A stretch of 64,000 bases of DNA from Verrucomicrobiales bacterium (GTDB lineage Bacteria; Verrucomicrobiota; Verrucomicrobiia; Limisphaerales; CAIMTB01), in contig JAEUHG010000087.1 in NCBI GenBank assembly GCA_016795425.1, positions 83,410-147,409 of the forward strand, read 5' to 3'. This document shows positions 1-10,200 of the stretch, piece after piece. Within the stretch, counting starts at the first letter, position 1; the number at the start of each line of letters is the position of its first letter. The notes under the pieces were generated by a model. The model worked only from the letters and a program-made list of their open reading frames with translations. It made no database searches and was not told the origin of the DNA. The translations under genes and the position numbers were made by a program.

Positions 1-991
1 CACCCCGGCCGTTGGCCAGGGCATTATCCAGGCCTTGGGTTTCCACTGCGGTCGGTCCGAGCAGACCGGGATCGGCGTTACCCCAGCTGTGATTTTGCAC
101 ACCGATGGTCTGGATCTCGTGCTGAAACATGTCCATCAAGCCCTCGTCGCTGGCGATGTCGCCGATGGCATCGAAGATCACGCTGCTGGACAACTGGGCG
201 CCAGGGGCCAGGCCGGCGACACCGGTTTGGTTGCCACCACGGGCGGCTACCAAACCGGCTACGGCGGTGGAATGATCGCCATACGTCGGGGCCCCGGCGC
301 GGGACCGGGTAAAGTCGAAATGAGGGGAACCTGCGGCGGCGATTTTGAGATCGGCGTGGTTGGTTTCGAAACCGTCGTCGCAGATCGCGAGGGTTACTCC
401 TTCGCCTCGAGTCAAGGCCCAGGCGCCGCGTGGATTGGTGTCGGGTCCGAGGCTCCGACCCGTAGAGTCCCGGTTTTCCAGGTGCCATTGGTTGGTGAAG
501 TAGGGATCCGTCGGGCGCGGCGCAAACGAACCGTGCAGCGCGAGCGCACGCTTCATGATCGGGGTGGCAACAGCGACCCCCGGCTGGGCGGCCAAGTGGT
601 GGGCGGCGCGGGCGGCAGCCCAGGGACTGGATGCCTGAAGAATCCATAGCCCGTCCTTAAGAGTGCGGTCAGAGCGCAGCCCGAGAGCGCGGAGCAGGGC
701 TTCGGGACGTGGTGTGCCGGGATGGAGTCCGAGCGCGACTCGGTTGCCGATTCGGGCGCGGCGTGTGCCGCCGGAATTCTCGGTGGCCAGCCAGGGTTCC
801 AAGGCGGGGGCATGCCGTTCGATGGCGGTTTGAGTGATGCGCCACGAAGTGGGGAATCCGCCGGTAAACCGGACCTCCATTCCCACGTCCGCTTCCGGCA
901 GGGATCCGTGCGAAGAGGGGAGGGCCATGACCGTGAGGAGCATCCAACCAAGCGGGAAAACCGTGTGAAGAATGTGGCTCGAACGCTTCAA
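1..991 (-). CDS. Subtilisin/kexin-like serine peptidase (S8 family), N-terminal part only; gene runs off the left edge
   Basis: Not in the ORF track because no stop lies in the window. My minus-strand translation reads (TTG)KRSSHILHTVFPLGWMLLTVMALPSS (signal-like), then YFTNQWHLEN, LAICDDGFETNHADL (catalytic Asp block), YGDHSTAVAGLVAARGGNQTGVAGLAPGA (catalytic His block) and QNHSWG. The start is TTG 991 or in-frame ATG 943. The listed ORFs 35..649(+) and 78..647(-) are other frames of this gene. Confidence 0.8.
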   Translation of the reverse strand, partial: MKRSSHILHTVFPLGWMLLTVMALPSSHGSLPEADVGMEVRFTGGFPTSWRITQTAIERHAPALEPWLATENSGGTRRARIGNRVALGLHPGTPRPEALLRALGLRSDRTLKDGLWILQASSPWAAARAAHHLAAQPGVAVATPIMKRALALHGSFAPRPTDPYFTNQWHLENRDSTGRSLGPDTNPRGAWALTRGEGVTLAICDDGFETNHADLKIAAAGSPHFDFTRSRAGAPTYGDHSTAVAGLVAARGGNQTGVAGLAPGAQLSSSVIFDAIGDIASDEGLMDMFQHEIQTIGVQNHSWGNADPGLLGPTAVETQGLDNALANGRG

Positions 992-1083
992 GCGCGACTA
1001 GCGTAACACAGCTCGCCAAGTAGAGAAAAGGGGTTCTGGCAGGAGTCGCTTTACTTCGCGGCAACCGATCCTAGCATCCGCTC

Positions 1084-1788
1084 ATGGGCGGCGACCTTGA
1101 CCATTCCGATTTCGTAGATCCCGATTATCAACCCAGCCGACGGCCGGCCAATGCCCCCATGGTGGCCGCCATCGGTCAGTCCACGGCCACGGCCGCGGCT
1201 CGCCCGCCTTCGCGCGAGGAGATCAACGAGCAGGTGACCTCGGCCCAGAAGGCCCTGGTGGAGCTCAAGCGGCGCCAGGAGGAGTTGGAGCGTGAGCGCT
1301 CCCAGCTGGAGGAGGCCCGCCGCCGCCGGCTTGAGTTCGATCAGGGTCGGACGGAGATGCAGGAGCACCTGAACCGTGGGATCGGGTTGCTGACCGAGAC
1401 CGAGCAGACAGCCCGCCGCGATGCCGAACAGATGGCGCGCACCCTCGCTGATCTCCAGGCCGCCCTGAGCAAGGTCAATGCACTCGATGAGCAGTCCTGG
1501 ACCGCGGAGAATTACGCCGTCGAATTGACCCGCGCCCTGACCACGCTGGAGAACGCGCGCATGGAATGGAATTCGGCGCAGGTCAAGTGGCCGGTGCTTT
1601 CGGGAACCCCGACTGGACCGGTACCGGCCGGTTCCCGCAACCCTGGGCCGTTCGAGGCGGGCGCACGTCTGGTCGAGGGTCGAACCCCGGCCGAGATGGC
1701 GCGACTGGGACTGGCGTTGACATGGCCGGTCGCCCTGGCGGTTTTGGCGGTGGGGGTCATTCTGGCGGCGGTGCTGGCCCGGCGTTGA
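1084..1788 (+). CDS. Hypothetical coiled-coil protein with a C-terminal transmembrane anchor
   Basis: ORF track 234 aa. Has a charged heptad-like stretch (EEINEQVTSAQKALVELKRRQEELERERSQLEEARRRRLEF) and a hydrophobic tail (LALTWPVALAVLAVGVILAAVLARR). I recognise no family. Confidence 0.55.
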   Translation: MGGDLDHSDFVDPDYQPSRRPANAPMVAAIGQSTATAAARPPSREEINEQVTSAQKALVELKRRQEELERERSQLEEARRRRLEFDQGRTEMQEHLNRGIGLLTETEQTARRDAEQMARTLADLQAALSKVNALDEQSWTAENYAVELTRALTTLENARMEWNSAQVKWPVLSGTPTGPVPAGSRNPGPFEAGARLVEGRTPAEMARLGLALTWPVALAVLAVGVILAAVLARR

Positions 1789-1816
1789 GTAGCCACCGGC
1801 GGTTTGAGTCTCCAAC

Positions 1817-2326
1817 ATGGGTCTGTTCCGGAAGAAACCCGATCCGTTGGCCCGGCGAGCGCAATCGCTGAACCGGCGGATTGCTGAGTTGGAAGCGGAG
1901 ATTTCCAAGCTCAATCATACCCTGACCCCGGAACCCAACGCTCCGGCGGCTTCCGCTACCAACGCTTCCAAACCTTCTGCGGTGCGTCCCCAGCCGCCCT
2001 CTGCTGCGTCGTCGGAACCCGTTTTCGAGAAGATGCCGCCGCGGCCCAATGACCCGTCGCGGGTCGGCCCACAAGGACAGGAAGCGGTGCACCTGGGGTT
2101 GCGCCGGCCATTGTGGTCGTTGTGGTGGCGTCGGATGAAACGGCAGTTCGTGGACCCGCCGCCAACCAACGAGAAGTTGGTGAGCTACCTGGCGGCGGGC
2201 GGGATCCAGGGATTGCGCCCGCTGCGGTACGAACGTCGCGTGGCCCGCAACCGGATGATCTTCATCTTTGTGGTGGTCGGCCTGCTGCTGTGGGGACTGC
2301 TGGTGGTCTTCTGGCACACCCGGTGA
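1817..2326 (+). CDS. Hypothetical protein with short N-terminal coiled coil, Pro-rich linker and C-terminal transmembrane anchor
   Basis: ORF track 169 aa. Contains LNRRIAELEAEISKL and the tail MIFIFVVVGLLLWGLLVVFW. It has the same architecture as the preceding gene and starts 29 nt after it. Confidence 0.5.
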   Translation: MGLFRKKPDPLARRAQSLNRRIAELEAEISKLNHTLTPEPNAPAASATNASKPSAVRPQPPSAASSEPVFEKMPPRPNDPSRVGPQGQEAVHLGLRRPLWSLWWRRMKRQFVDPPPTNEKLVSYLAAGGIQGLRPLRYERRVARNRMIFIFVVVGLLLWGLLVVFWHTR

Positions 2327-2347
2327 CGGGGGACAGTCCCCAGCGCC

Positions 2348-3286
2348 GTGACCGCATTCCGCTCCTGTTGCTCCAACTCCATGCGCGCCTGCGTCATCTT
2401 CAATCCCGCGGCGCGCGGGGACAAGGCACGACGCGGCCGGCGGTTTCTCGAGACGCTGGGATCAGTGGCGTTGTTGCGTCCGACCACCGGACCTGGCTCA
2501 GCGCGGGCGCTCACTCGGGAGGCGTTGGAGGCGGGCGAGACCTTGGTGATCGCCGCGGGTGGCGACGGGACAGTGTACGAGGTGCTCAACGGGATGGCCG
2601 ATGTTCCCGGAGGGTTCGCCCGTGCCGTGTTGGGGGTGCTTCCCATGGGAACCGCCAACGTCTTCGCCCGGGAGTTGGGTATGCCCAAGGATCTTGCCCG
2701 CGCTTGGCAGGCGCTCGCCCAGGGGAAGGAGCGCACCATCGACGGTTGTCGCGCGCGTTTTCGGGACTCGGAAGGGCGCGAAGTGACGGCGCATTTCGCA
2801 ATCGTGGCCGGAGCGGGTTTGGATGCGCGGGCGGTGGAGTGCGTGGATCTGCGATGGAAACGCCGCGTGGGCAAGTTGGCGTATGTCGTGGCAGCGCTGA
2901 AGGCGCTCGTTGCGTTCCGCGACGAGGTGAGGAGTGATTTGGGTGGTCCATTTCGGGGAAGAGTCTTGTTGGCGGGAAATGGACGGCGGTATGCAGGTGA
3001 CCTCGCGGTGTTTGAAGATGGTTCGCTTGAAAGCGGTCAGTTGCACCTGAGAGGTGTCGAGACGGTGAGCCTGGGGATCTTGGCGCGGTGTCTGGCTTCC
3101 TTCGTCTCGGGGCGCTGGCTGTTGAACGACCGTATGCGCTCGGCGACCGCGACCCGGGTGCGTTGGGAAGGGGAGGGACGGGTCCCGCTGCAATTGGACG
3201 GCGAATGGGTCGGGTACCTTCCCGCCGAGTTGGAGATCCTTCCGGGGAGCCTGCGGGTGTTGGGGCCGGGAGAAGTGGGGAAGTGA
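2348..3286 (+). CDS. Diacylglycerol/lipid kinase family protein (YegS/BmrU-like)
   Basis: Motifs CVIFNPAARGDKARR, LVIAAGGDGTVYEVLNGM and LGVLPMGTANVFAREL are typical of the DAGK catalytic domain. The start may instead be ATG 2381 (MRACVIFNP). Confidence 0.85.
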   Translation: MTAFRSCCSNSMRACVIFNPAARGDKARRGRRFLETLGSVALLRPTTGPGSARALTREALEAGETLVIAAGGDGTVYEVLNGMADVPGGFARAVLGVLPMGTANVFARELGMPKDLARAWQALAQGKERTIDGCRARFRDSEGREVTAHFAIVAGAGLDARAVECVDLRWKRRVGKLAYVVAALKALVAFRDEVRSDLGGPFRGRVLLAGNGRRYAGDLAVFEDGSLESGQLHLRGVETVSLGILARCLASFVSGRWLLNDRMRSATATRVRWEGEGRVPLQLDGEWVGYLPAELEILPGSLRVLGPGEVGK

Positions 3287-3311
3287 GGCCATGAGGGGAT
3301 CTCTTCTTGAC

Positions 3312-3536
3312 TTGGCACGCCAACGGTATGCCCGCAGATCAGCCCGGGGTAGCACCCCGGGAAAATCGATGCCGAAAATCAACGGGGCACTCTGAAGGAG
3401 TGCCAGGAGCTGAACGTCCTCAGATTCCAACAGCGGAAGCCATCCTGCCACGCCTTCAGCGTGGCGCTGCTTTTTTTGACTCAATTCCCGGGGTGGTACC
3501 CCGGGCTGGTTTGCCGGCACACCGTTGGCGTGCCAA
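3312..3536. repeat. Composite inverted repeat (52-nt arms, 121-nt spacer), REP/REPIN- or MITE-like, in a convergent intergenic region
   Basis: Arm 3312-3363 (ttggcacgccaacggtatgcccgcagatcagcccggggtagcaccccgggaa) matches the reverse complement of 3485-3536 at 47/52 positions by hand. Each arm contains its own palindromes (GGCAC..GTGCC and CCCGGGGT-nnn-ACCCCGGG). The spacer holds two further hairpins, ggcactc-tgaag-gagtgcc and gccacgc-cttca-gcgtggc, whose loops are complementary. Confidence 0.6.
3431..3477 (+). terminator. Possible intrinsic terminator downstream of the lipid kinase gene
   Basis: Outer stem cagcg/cgctg encloses inner stem gccacgc-cttca-gcgtggc and is followed by c + T7 (3471-3477). 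It lies inside the spacer of the inverted repeat. Confidence 0.4.
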
Positions 3537-3667
3537 TGAGTTCCAAAAAAAGCACTGAGGCCGATGTCGGCTGTTCCTCTCATTCCGCTCTGCGTCCGCC
3601 TTTCCCTCCCCTCCGCGCCTCAGCTGTTGCGCGATGCCAACATCCCGCATGCCCCCTCTTCTCTTCT

Positions 3668-4915
3668 TTAGTGGAGGACCATCAGCAACGCCAATCCCGC
3701 GACCAGCGTGACGAGCGTCACCGGGATGCCGAATTTGGCGTAGTCCCAGAACCCGACCTCGCAATGTCCGCGCGCCGACTCGACGACGATGATATTGGCG
3801 ACGGATCCGAGAATGGTGAGGTTGCCGGCGAAAGTGGTGGCCAGCGCCATGACCTTCCACATGAGTTCGGGGTCGGTGAAGCCGGGGACCCATTTCCCTG
3901 CCACCAGGACGAAGGGGACATTGGAGAAGATGTTCGAGCCAACCACCGAGAACCAGGCCAGGTTCCAGGCCTGCGTGGTGGCGGTGGTGCCGAACACGCC
4001 GCGCACACCGCGGTAAAGTTGATCTGGCAAACCGGTGCCGTTGAGTCCCTCTACCACCACGAAGAGCGCGGCGAAGAAGAGCAGGAGATGCCAATCCACG
4101 AGCTTGAGGACCTCGTGGGTGTCCCGACGCGCCAGGACCATGACCAGGGCGCCGCCTGCCAGTGCGGTCCACGCCAGGTGCGACCCGGCCATGAACCCGG
4201 CGAAGACCAGGATCAAGACGACCACCGAGAGGCGGAGGAGTCGGCGATCGACCGCGGGACGTTCCTGGGATTCCGGTGGCGCGGCCAGGCGTGCCGAGGC
4301 GAGTTGGTGGCGGAATCCAAAGCGCAGAATGCCGTACTGGATAGCCAGAGAGACCAGGGCGACGGGAGTGAGGGAGAGGGCGAACTGGGCGAAGGGCAGT
4401 CCGGACATTTGCCCGATGAGCATGTTCTGGGGATTGCCGACCAGGGTGGCGACGCTGCCGATGTTCGCGCTCATGGCGAGGGCGAGAAGGTAGGGAGGCA
4501 GCGGCAAGCGGCCACGGGCCACGACCTTGACCACCAACGGTGTGAGCATCAGGCAGACGGTGTCATTGACCAACAGGGCGGAGAGTCCTCCCGAGGTGAC
4601 GACCAGGTAAAACAACAGCTTTTCGGGCGTCTTGCCGACGCGCAGGACCCAGTCGGCCGTCCAGCCAAAGAATCCGGCAAGGTCCAGGTAGGCGGAGATC
4701 AGGCTCATCCCGAGCAGCAGGACGAGCGTGTTGTAGTCGACGGCGCGGTAAACCTGTTCCGGGGTCATGACGCCGCAGACCACCATGAGGACGGTGCCGA
4801 GAAGCGCCGCCGCCGGTCGGTTCAAGGGAAGGATCTTCAGTCGACGCCCGCTGATGAGCAGGTACGTCAGGGCGAAGATGGCGATGGCAACGATCTCGCG
4901 CTGGGTCTCGGTCAT
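3668..4915 (-). CDS. ArsB/NhaD/CitMHS-superfamily anion permease
   Basis: ORF track 3668..5041. I trim the start to ATG 4915 ([25 protein letters not shown]...), because the upstream codons are a relic of another gene read out of frame. The protein is polytopic, with [19 protein letters not shown] and [13 protein letters not shown] blocks typical of this superfamily. Confidence 0.85.
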   Translation of the reverse strand: MTETQREIVAIAIFALTYLLISGRRLKILPLNRPAAALLGTVLMVVCGVMTPEQVYRAVDYNTLVLLLGMSLISAYLDLAGFFGWTADWVLRVGKTPEKLLFYLVVTSGGLSALLVNDTVCLMLTPLVVKVVARGRLPLPPYLLALAMSANIGSVATLVGNPQNMLIGQMSGLPFAQFALSLTPVALVSLAIQYGILRFGFRHQLASARLAAPPESQERPAVDRRLLRLSVVVLILVFAGFMAGSHLAWTALAGGALVMVLARRDTHEVLKLVDWHLLLFFAALFVVVEGLNGTGLPDQLYRGVRGVFGTTATTQAWNLAWFSVVGSNIFSNVPFVLVAGKWVPGFTDPELMWKVMALATTFAGNLTILGSVANIIVVESARGHCEVGFWDYAKFGIPVTLVTLVAGLALLMVLH

Positions 4916-5030
4916 TCGTGGCGCAGCGCTTCGACGGGATCCATTTGGGCCGCGCGGGTGGCAGGGTACAGGCCAAAAGCGATGCCGACGATGGCGGAGA
5001 TACCAAAGTTGAGCGCGCGGGCCAAGCACC
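4841..5030. repeat. Left copy of a long direct repeat (core 4841-5001) duplicating the permease-3'/transporter-5' junction
   Basis: 4841-5001 equals 8054-8214 (offset 3213) with 3 mismatches in 161 bp by hand alignment. Degenerate similarity continues to about 5030/8240. Confidence 0.9.
4912..5016 (-). pseudogene. Relic of the last 34 codons of the FtsX/MacB-type permease gene
   Basis: The minus-strand frame ending in TGA at 4912-4914 reads [34 protein letters not shown]. The intact gene's C-terminus at 8125 reads [34 protein letters not shown]. There is no upstream coding continuation, and the stop overlaps the transporter ATG as ATGA. Confidence 0.75.
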
Positions 5031-5153
5031 GCCGTAAGCATTGAACCCCTGAGCTGTGGTCGTTCCTGAACGAAAAGGTGCCAATTCCAAGTCGCGTCCT
5101 CCTCGTGCCTTGATTTTCCTTTAAGTCATTGAAGGGACCACTACTTTGCCACT

Positions 5154-8015
5154 GTGAAGTTACCGGTGTCTGACGAACAACGGGCTCGAGTCGAGGCGTT
5201 TCGCCGGAAGCATCGGACGGCGCTGCTGACGATGGTCTTCACCGACCTTGTGGGTTCGACGGCGTTGAAGCGCCGATTGGGGGATGTGCCGGGAGTCGAG
5301 TGGATGTGGCGACATGACGCGATCCTGCGCGAAGTGCTTCGCGAAACTCACGACTCGGAAGAAATCAGTTCGGCGGGGGACTCGTTCTTCCTGGTGTTTC
5401 TTCGGCCTTCTGACGCAGTCCGCTTTGGACTACGGTTGCAGGCGGCATTGCGGGCCGAGCCGCCCCGGGAAGGCATGGTCTTGCGAGACCGGGTCGGGAT
5501 TCATCTCGGAGAAGTCATCGTGCTGCGAAGCGGGAATGAAGGTGAAGGTCGCGACTTTTTTGGAATCCAAGTGGATTTGTGTGCGCGACTCATGTCGCTG
5601 GGGCAGGCCGACCAGATTCTGCTTACGCGGACTGTTTTCGACAATGCGAGGCAAGTGCTAAAAGGGGACCAAACGGTCAAGGAAAGTACCTTGAGCTGGT
5701 TAAGTCATGGTCGTTACATCCTCAGTGGGCTCGATGAACCGGTCGAAGTCTGCGAAGTGGGGGAAGTGGGTAAGGCCGCGCTTTGTCGGCCTTTGAAGTC
5801 GGAAAAAGGCGCGCCCGAATCTGGAACGAATGACGAGGCCGTTCTCGGCTGGCGGCCAGCGGTCGGCGAGTGCATCCCCGACACCCGTTGGAGGCTGGTG
5901 GCCAGACTCGGGGAGGGAGGTTTCGGCGAGGTCTGGCACGTCGTGCATCGCGAATTGGGGGAGAATGGAGTTTTGAAGTTCTGTTTTCGCGCCGATCGGG
6001 TTCGAAGTCTGAAGAGGGAGCTGAAGGTTTTTCAATTGCTGCGCGAACGCTTTGGAGGACACCCGAACATCGTTGGGATTCGAGAGGTTCAGCTTGAGAG
6101 CGCCCCCTATTACTTGGTCATGGATTTCTCCGATGGGCAGGATCTGAAATCGTGGATCCGAGCACAGGGTGGATTTGATTCGGTTCCCATCGCTGTCCGG
6201 TTCGAGGTGGTCGCCCAAATCGCCGACGCGCTGCAGGCCGTGCACGAAGCCGGCGTGCTGCATCGCGATGTCAAGCCATCGAATATCATCGTCGTCGGGG
6301 GCCGCCACGACTCGCACGCACCGGACAACAGCTTGCGCGCGCAGCTCACGGATTTTGGAGTTGGAATGATCGTCGTTCCGCCACTTCCCGAGAGTGGGCC
6401 AACGCGACCGACCTTCGAAGTCACCACCGGCGCAAGCACGGGTGGAACGGCACTCTACCAGGCGCCCGAGATTTTCGCGGGTCAACCTGCTTCGACCCGA
6501 AGTGACATTTACTCGCTCGGGGTGGTTCTGTACCAGCTTGCGTCGGCGGATTTCGACCAACCGATCACCATCGACTGGGCGCGAAGAATCAATGATCCGC
6601 TGCTTCGGGAAGTTCTGGCAAGTTGCTTGGCCGGAGATCTTCAAGAGCGATTCGCGGGCGCAGGACAGTTGGCGCGACAGCTAAGGTCACTCGAGGCCCG
6701 TCGCCAGGACGCGGTCGACCAGGAAGTGACTTTGCGGCGGCGGGAACGCGACGCTTTTTTTCGGGGCCTCCTTGTGACGGCCATAGTGTCCGTGCCATGC
6801 CTTTCTCTTTTCCTCTGGTGGTTGTGGTTGAACCTTCCCCCGCCTCCGCTTCCTCCGTCCCGAACCGAAGTCGGCCGGGGTCCCAACGCCATGACATTCT
6901 ATTTGGCGGCGACGAGCGTCCTGGATGCGGAGTCCATCGAGGAGGCCCGCACGAAAGTCGCCCCGGCGAATCCGGCAGACCTGTTGCGACACGCGCTTTC
7001 CAGGAACAAGACCGCGCTCGTGGTGGCAAAGATCGGTTACGACTATCCGTGCTATCGATTGCCCCAGGACGGGTCGGGTATCAACACGAACCTGGCCGGT
7101 CTCGGGCGACTGTCGGAACTCCTGGTTATCGAGACCCAGCTCGCCGAAGCCGAAGGAAGATGGGAAGACGCCTGCGACGGCGACTTGCGCTTGATTCGGA
7201 TGGGCTATGACCTCGCCGTTGGGTCACCGCTTCTCGATACCATGGTCGGATGGATAATTCTCGCCCGCGGCACTGCCCGTTTGGCTAACGTGATCCCGCA
7301 CCTGGACTCGGTTGCCGCGAGACATGCGGGGAAGGAGTTGGATGAGATTCGCCACCGGGGTTTCGGCTTCTTCCAGGTCCTCGAAGCTGAAAAGCACGCC
7401 ACAGGACTCGAGATTCGCCGGCGGTTCAAGGCTTCGAACTGGCGCATGGATGTCATGCTCGAATCCGAACGAATTTTTGGCGGGCCAGCCATGGCGGAAG
7501 AGGTATGGACGGAGAAGCTGGCGCTTTTCCTGAAGACGTTTCCCCTCAGCAAACGCGGCACGTTGCGGGCCGTTGATGCCTACCATGACGCATGGCTCGA
7601 TCTCATCAAGGGGGGCTATCGACCCAACTTCGACGCGCCCACGCTGGTTTCGAGCGTACTTGCGGAACGGCTGGCCTTTACCGGATTGGAATCGGTCTAC
7701 CTTAGGCATCTTTTCGTTGAAACTCAGATGGCGTTGCTTCAGGTCGAGCTGGCTCTCCGGGAATGCGAGGCCGAAACTGGCGCCTTGCCTGCCACCACCG
7801 AGGATCTAATGCCCCGATTCCTTTCCGCGATTCCAGCCGATCCGTTCTTGCCGGGGCGACCGATCATTTACCGCAGGGATGGGGGCCGCTACCGGCTGTA
7901 CGGTGTTGGGCCCGATGGAATCGATGACAATGGCAAGTTACCCTCCGATGGCCGTTACCTGGAGTTTGGCAGGACTTATCAAGGCGACCTCGGTCTACTG
8001 CGGCGACTGCCGTAG
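5154..8015 (+). CDS. Membrane receptor fusion: class III nucleotidyl-cyclase-like domain, Hanks-type Ser/Thr kinase, one TM helix, ~390-aa extracytoplasmic domain
   Basis: GTG start, 953 aa. Cyclase-like blocks: [47 protein letters not shown]. Kinase blocks: [53 protein letters not shown] helix: [21 protein letters not shown]. The C-terminus ends [33 protein letters not shown], which resembles pseudopilin-like periplasmic modules. Confidence 0.9.
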   Translation: MKLPVSDEQRARVEAFRRKHRTALLTMVFTDLVGSTALKRRLGDVPGVEWMWRHDAILREVLRETHDSEEISSAGDSFFLVFLRPSDAVRFGLRLQAALRAEPPREGMVLRDRVGIHLGEVIVLRSGNEGEGRDFFGIQVDLCARLMSLGQADQILLTRTVFDNARQVLKGDQTVKESTLSWLSHGRYILSGLDEPVEVCEVGEVGKAALCRPLKSEKGAPESGTNDEAVLGWRPAVGECIPDTRWRLVARLGEGGFGEVWHVVHRELGENGVLKFCFRADRVRSLKRELKVFQLLRERFGGHPNIVGIREVQLESAPYYLVMDFSDGQDLKSWIRAQGGFDSVPIAVRFEVVAQIADALQAVHEAGVLHRDVKPSNIIVVGGRHDSHAPDNSLRAQLTDFGVGMIVVPPLPESGPTRPTFEVTTGASTGGTALYQAPEIFAGQPASTRSDIYSLGVVLYQLASADFDQPITIDWARRINDPLLREVLASCLAGDLQERFAGAGQLARQLRSLEARRQDAVDQEVTLRRRERDAFFRGLLVTAIVSVPCLSLFLWWLWLNLPPPPLPPSRTEVGRGPNAMTFYLAATSVLDAESIEEARTKVAPANPADLLRHALSRNKTALVVAKIGYDYPCYRLPQDGSGINTNLAGLGRLSELLVIETQLAEAEGRWEDACDGDLRLIRMGYDLAVGSPLLDTMVGWIILARGTARLANVIPHLDSVAARHAGKELDEIRHRGFGFFQVLEAEKHATGLEIRRRFKASNWRMDVMLESERIFGGPAMAEEVWTEKLALFLKTFPLSKRGTLRAVDAYHDAWLDLIKGGYRPNFDAPTLVSSVLAERLAFTGLESVYLRHLFVETQMALLQVELALRECEAETGALPATTEDLMPRFLSAIPADPFLPGRPIIYRRDGGRYRLYGVGPDGIDDNGKLPSDGRYLEFGRTYQGDLGLLRRLP

Positions 8016-8053
8016 TGGTATTCGACAAGTCGTCGCCTCCGGAGCGTGTTGAT

Positions 8054-8124
8054 TCGACGTCCGCTGATGAGCAGGTACGTCAGGGCGAAGATGGCGATGG
8101 CAACGATCTCGCGCTGGGTCTCGG

Positions 8125-8128
<4 letters not shown>
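8054..8128 (-). pseudogene. Relic of the first 25 codons of the ArsB/NhaD-type transporter gene
   Basis: ATG 8128 overlaps the permease stop (ATGA) and reads [25 protein letters not shown], identical to the start of the intact gene at 4915. It then diverges (INTLRRRRLV...) into the 3' flank of the kinase gene. Confidence 0.75.
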
Positions 8129-9506
<1,378 letters not shown>

Positions 9507-9510
<4 letters not shown>

Positions 9511-10196
9511 CGTGTCTTGCGCAGATCGCTTTCCACCACGCCGTCCTTGAGGCGGATGACCCGATTGGCGCGTTCGGCGACTTTGTCGTCGTGGGTGACC
9601 AGGACGACGGTTTTGCCCTGACCGTGAAGGGCATCGAAGATCTCGAGGATTTCGACGCCGGATTTGCTGTCCAGATTGCCGGTGGGCTCGTCGGCGAGAA
9701 TCAGGAGGGGTTCGTTGACCAGGGCGCGGGCAATGGCCACCCGCTGCTGTTGGCCGCCCGACAATTCGAACGGTTTATGTTCCAGCCGATGTCCGAGGCC
9801 GACGCGACGAGCGAGGTCCTCGGCGCGGGTGCGGCATTCCGCTTCGGAGATGCCCTGGTAGAACAACGGGACTTCGATGTTCTCCACCACAGAGAGCTGC
9901 TGAACCAGGTTATAGGACTGGAAGACGAACCCGATGCGGGTGCCGCGAATGTCGGAGAGCGTGTCGTCGTCGAGTTGCGAGACATCGTCGCCCCCGAGGA
10001 AGTACCGGCCGGTGGTGGGGCGATCCAGGCAGCCGAGCAGGCTGAGGAGGGTGGACTTCCCGCAACCGGACGGCCCCATGATGCTGATGAATTCCCCAGG
10101 CTCGATGCCGAAGGACACGCCCCGCAGGGCCTCCACGGTGACGGGACCCATGCGGTACGTCTTCCGCAATTCGTCGACGGCGAGGACGTAATTCAC
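9507..10196 (-). CDS. ABC transporter ATP-binding protein (MacB/LolD-type)
   Basis: Walker [10 protein letters not shown], signature [15 protein letters not shown], Walker [14 protein letters not shown] trim the 324-aa ORF to GTG 10196 ([14 protein letters not shown]), 5 nt after the HlyD stop. The upstream part is Pro/Arg-rich and overlaps the HlyD gene. Confidence 0.9.
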
Positions 10197-10200
10197 GAGA

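Noticed and set aside
35-649. 204-aa plus ORF and 189-aa minus ORF (78..647) at the left edge
   Set aside because: A third frame on the minus strand encodes the S8 peptidase with its catalytic Asp and His blocks. The listed ORFs are alternative frames of that gene.
5081-5093. 13-mer ggtgccaattcca identical to the core of the SAM-I riboswitch at 62813-62825, located just upstream of the kinase gene
   Set aside because: None of the other S-box elements (GAGGGA, GGCCC, P1 pairing) is present around it. It is probably coincidence, or at most an unrecognisable fragment.
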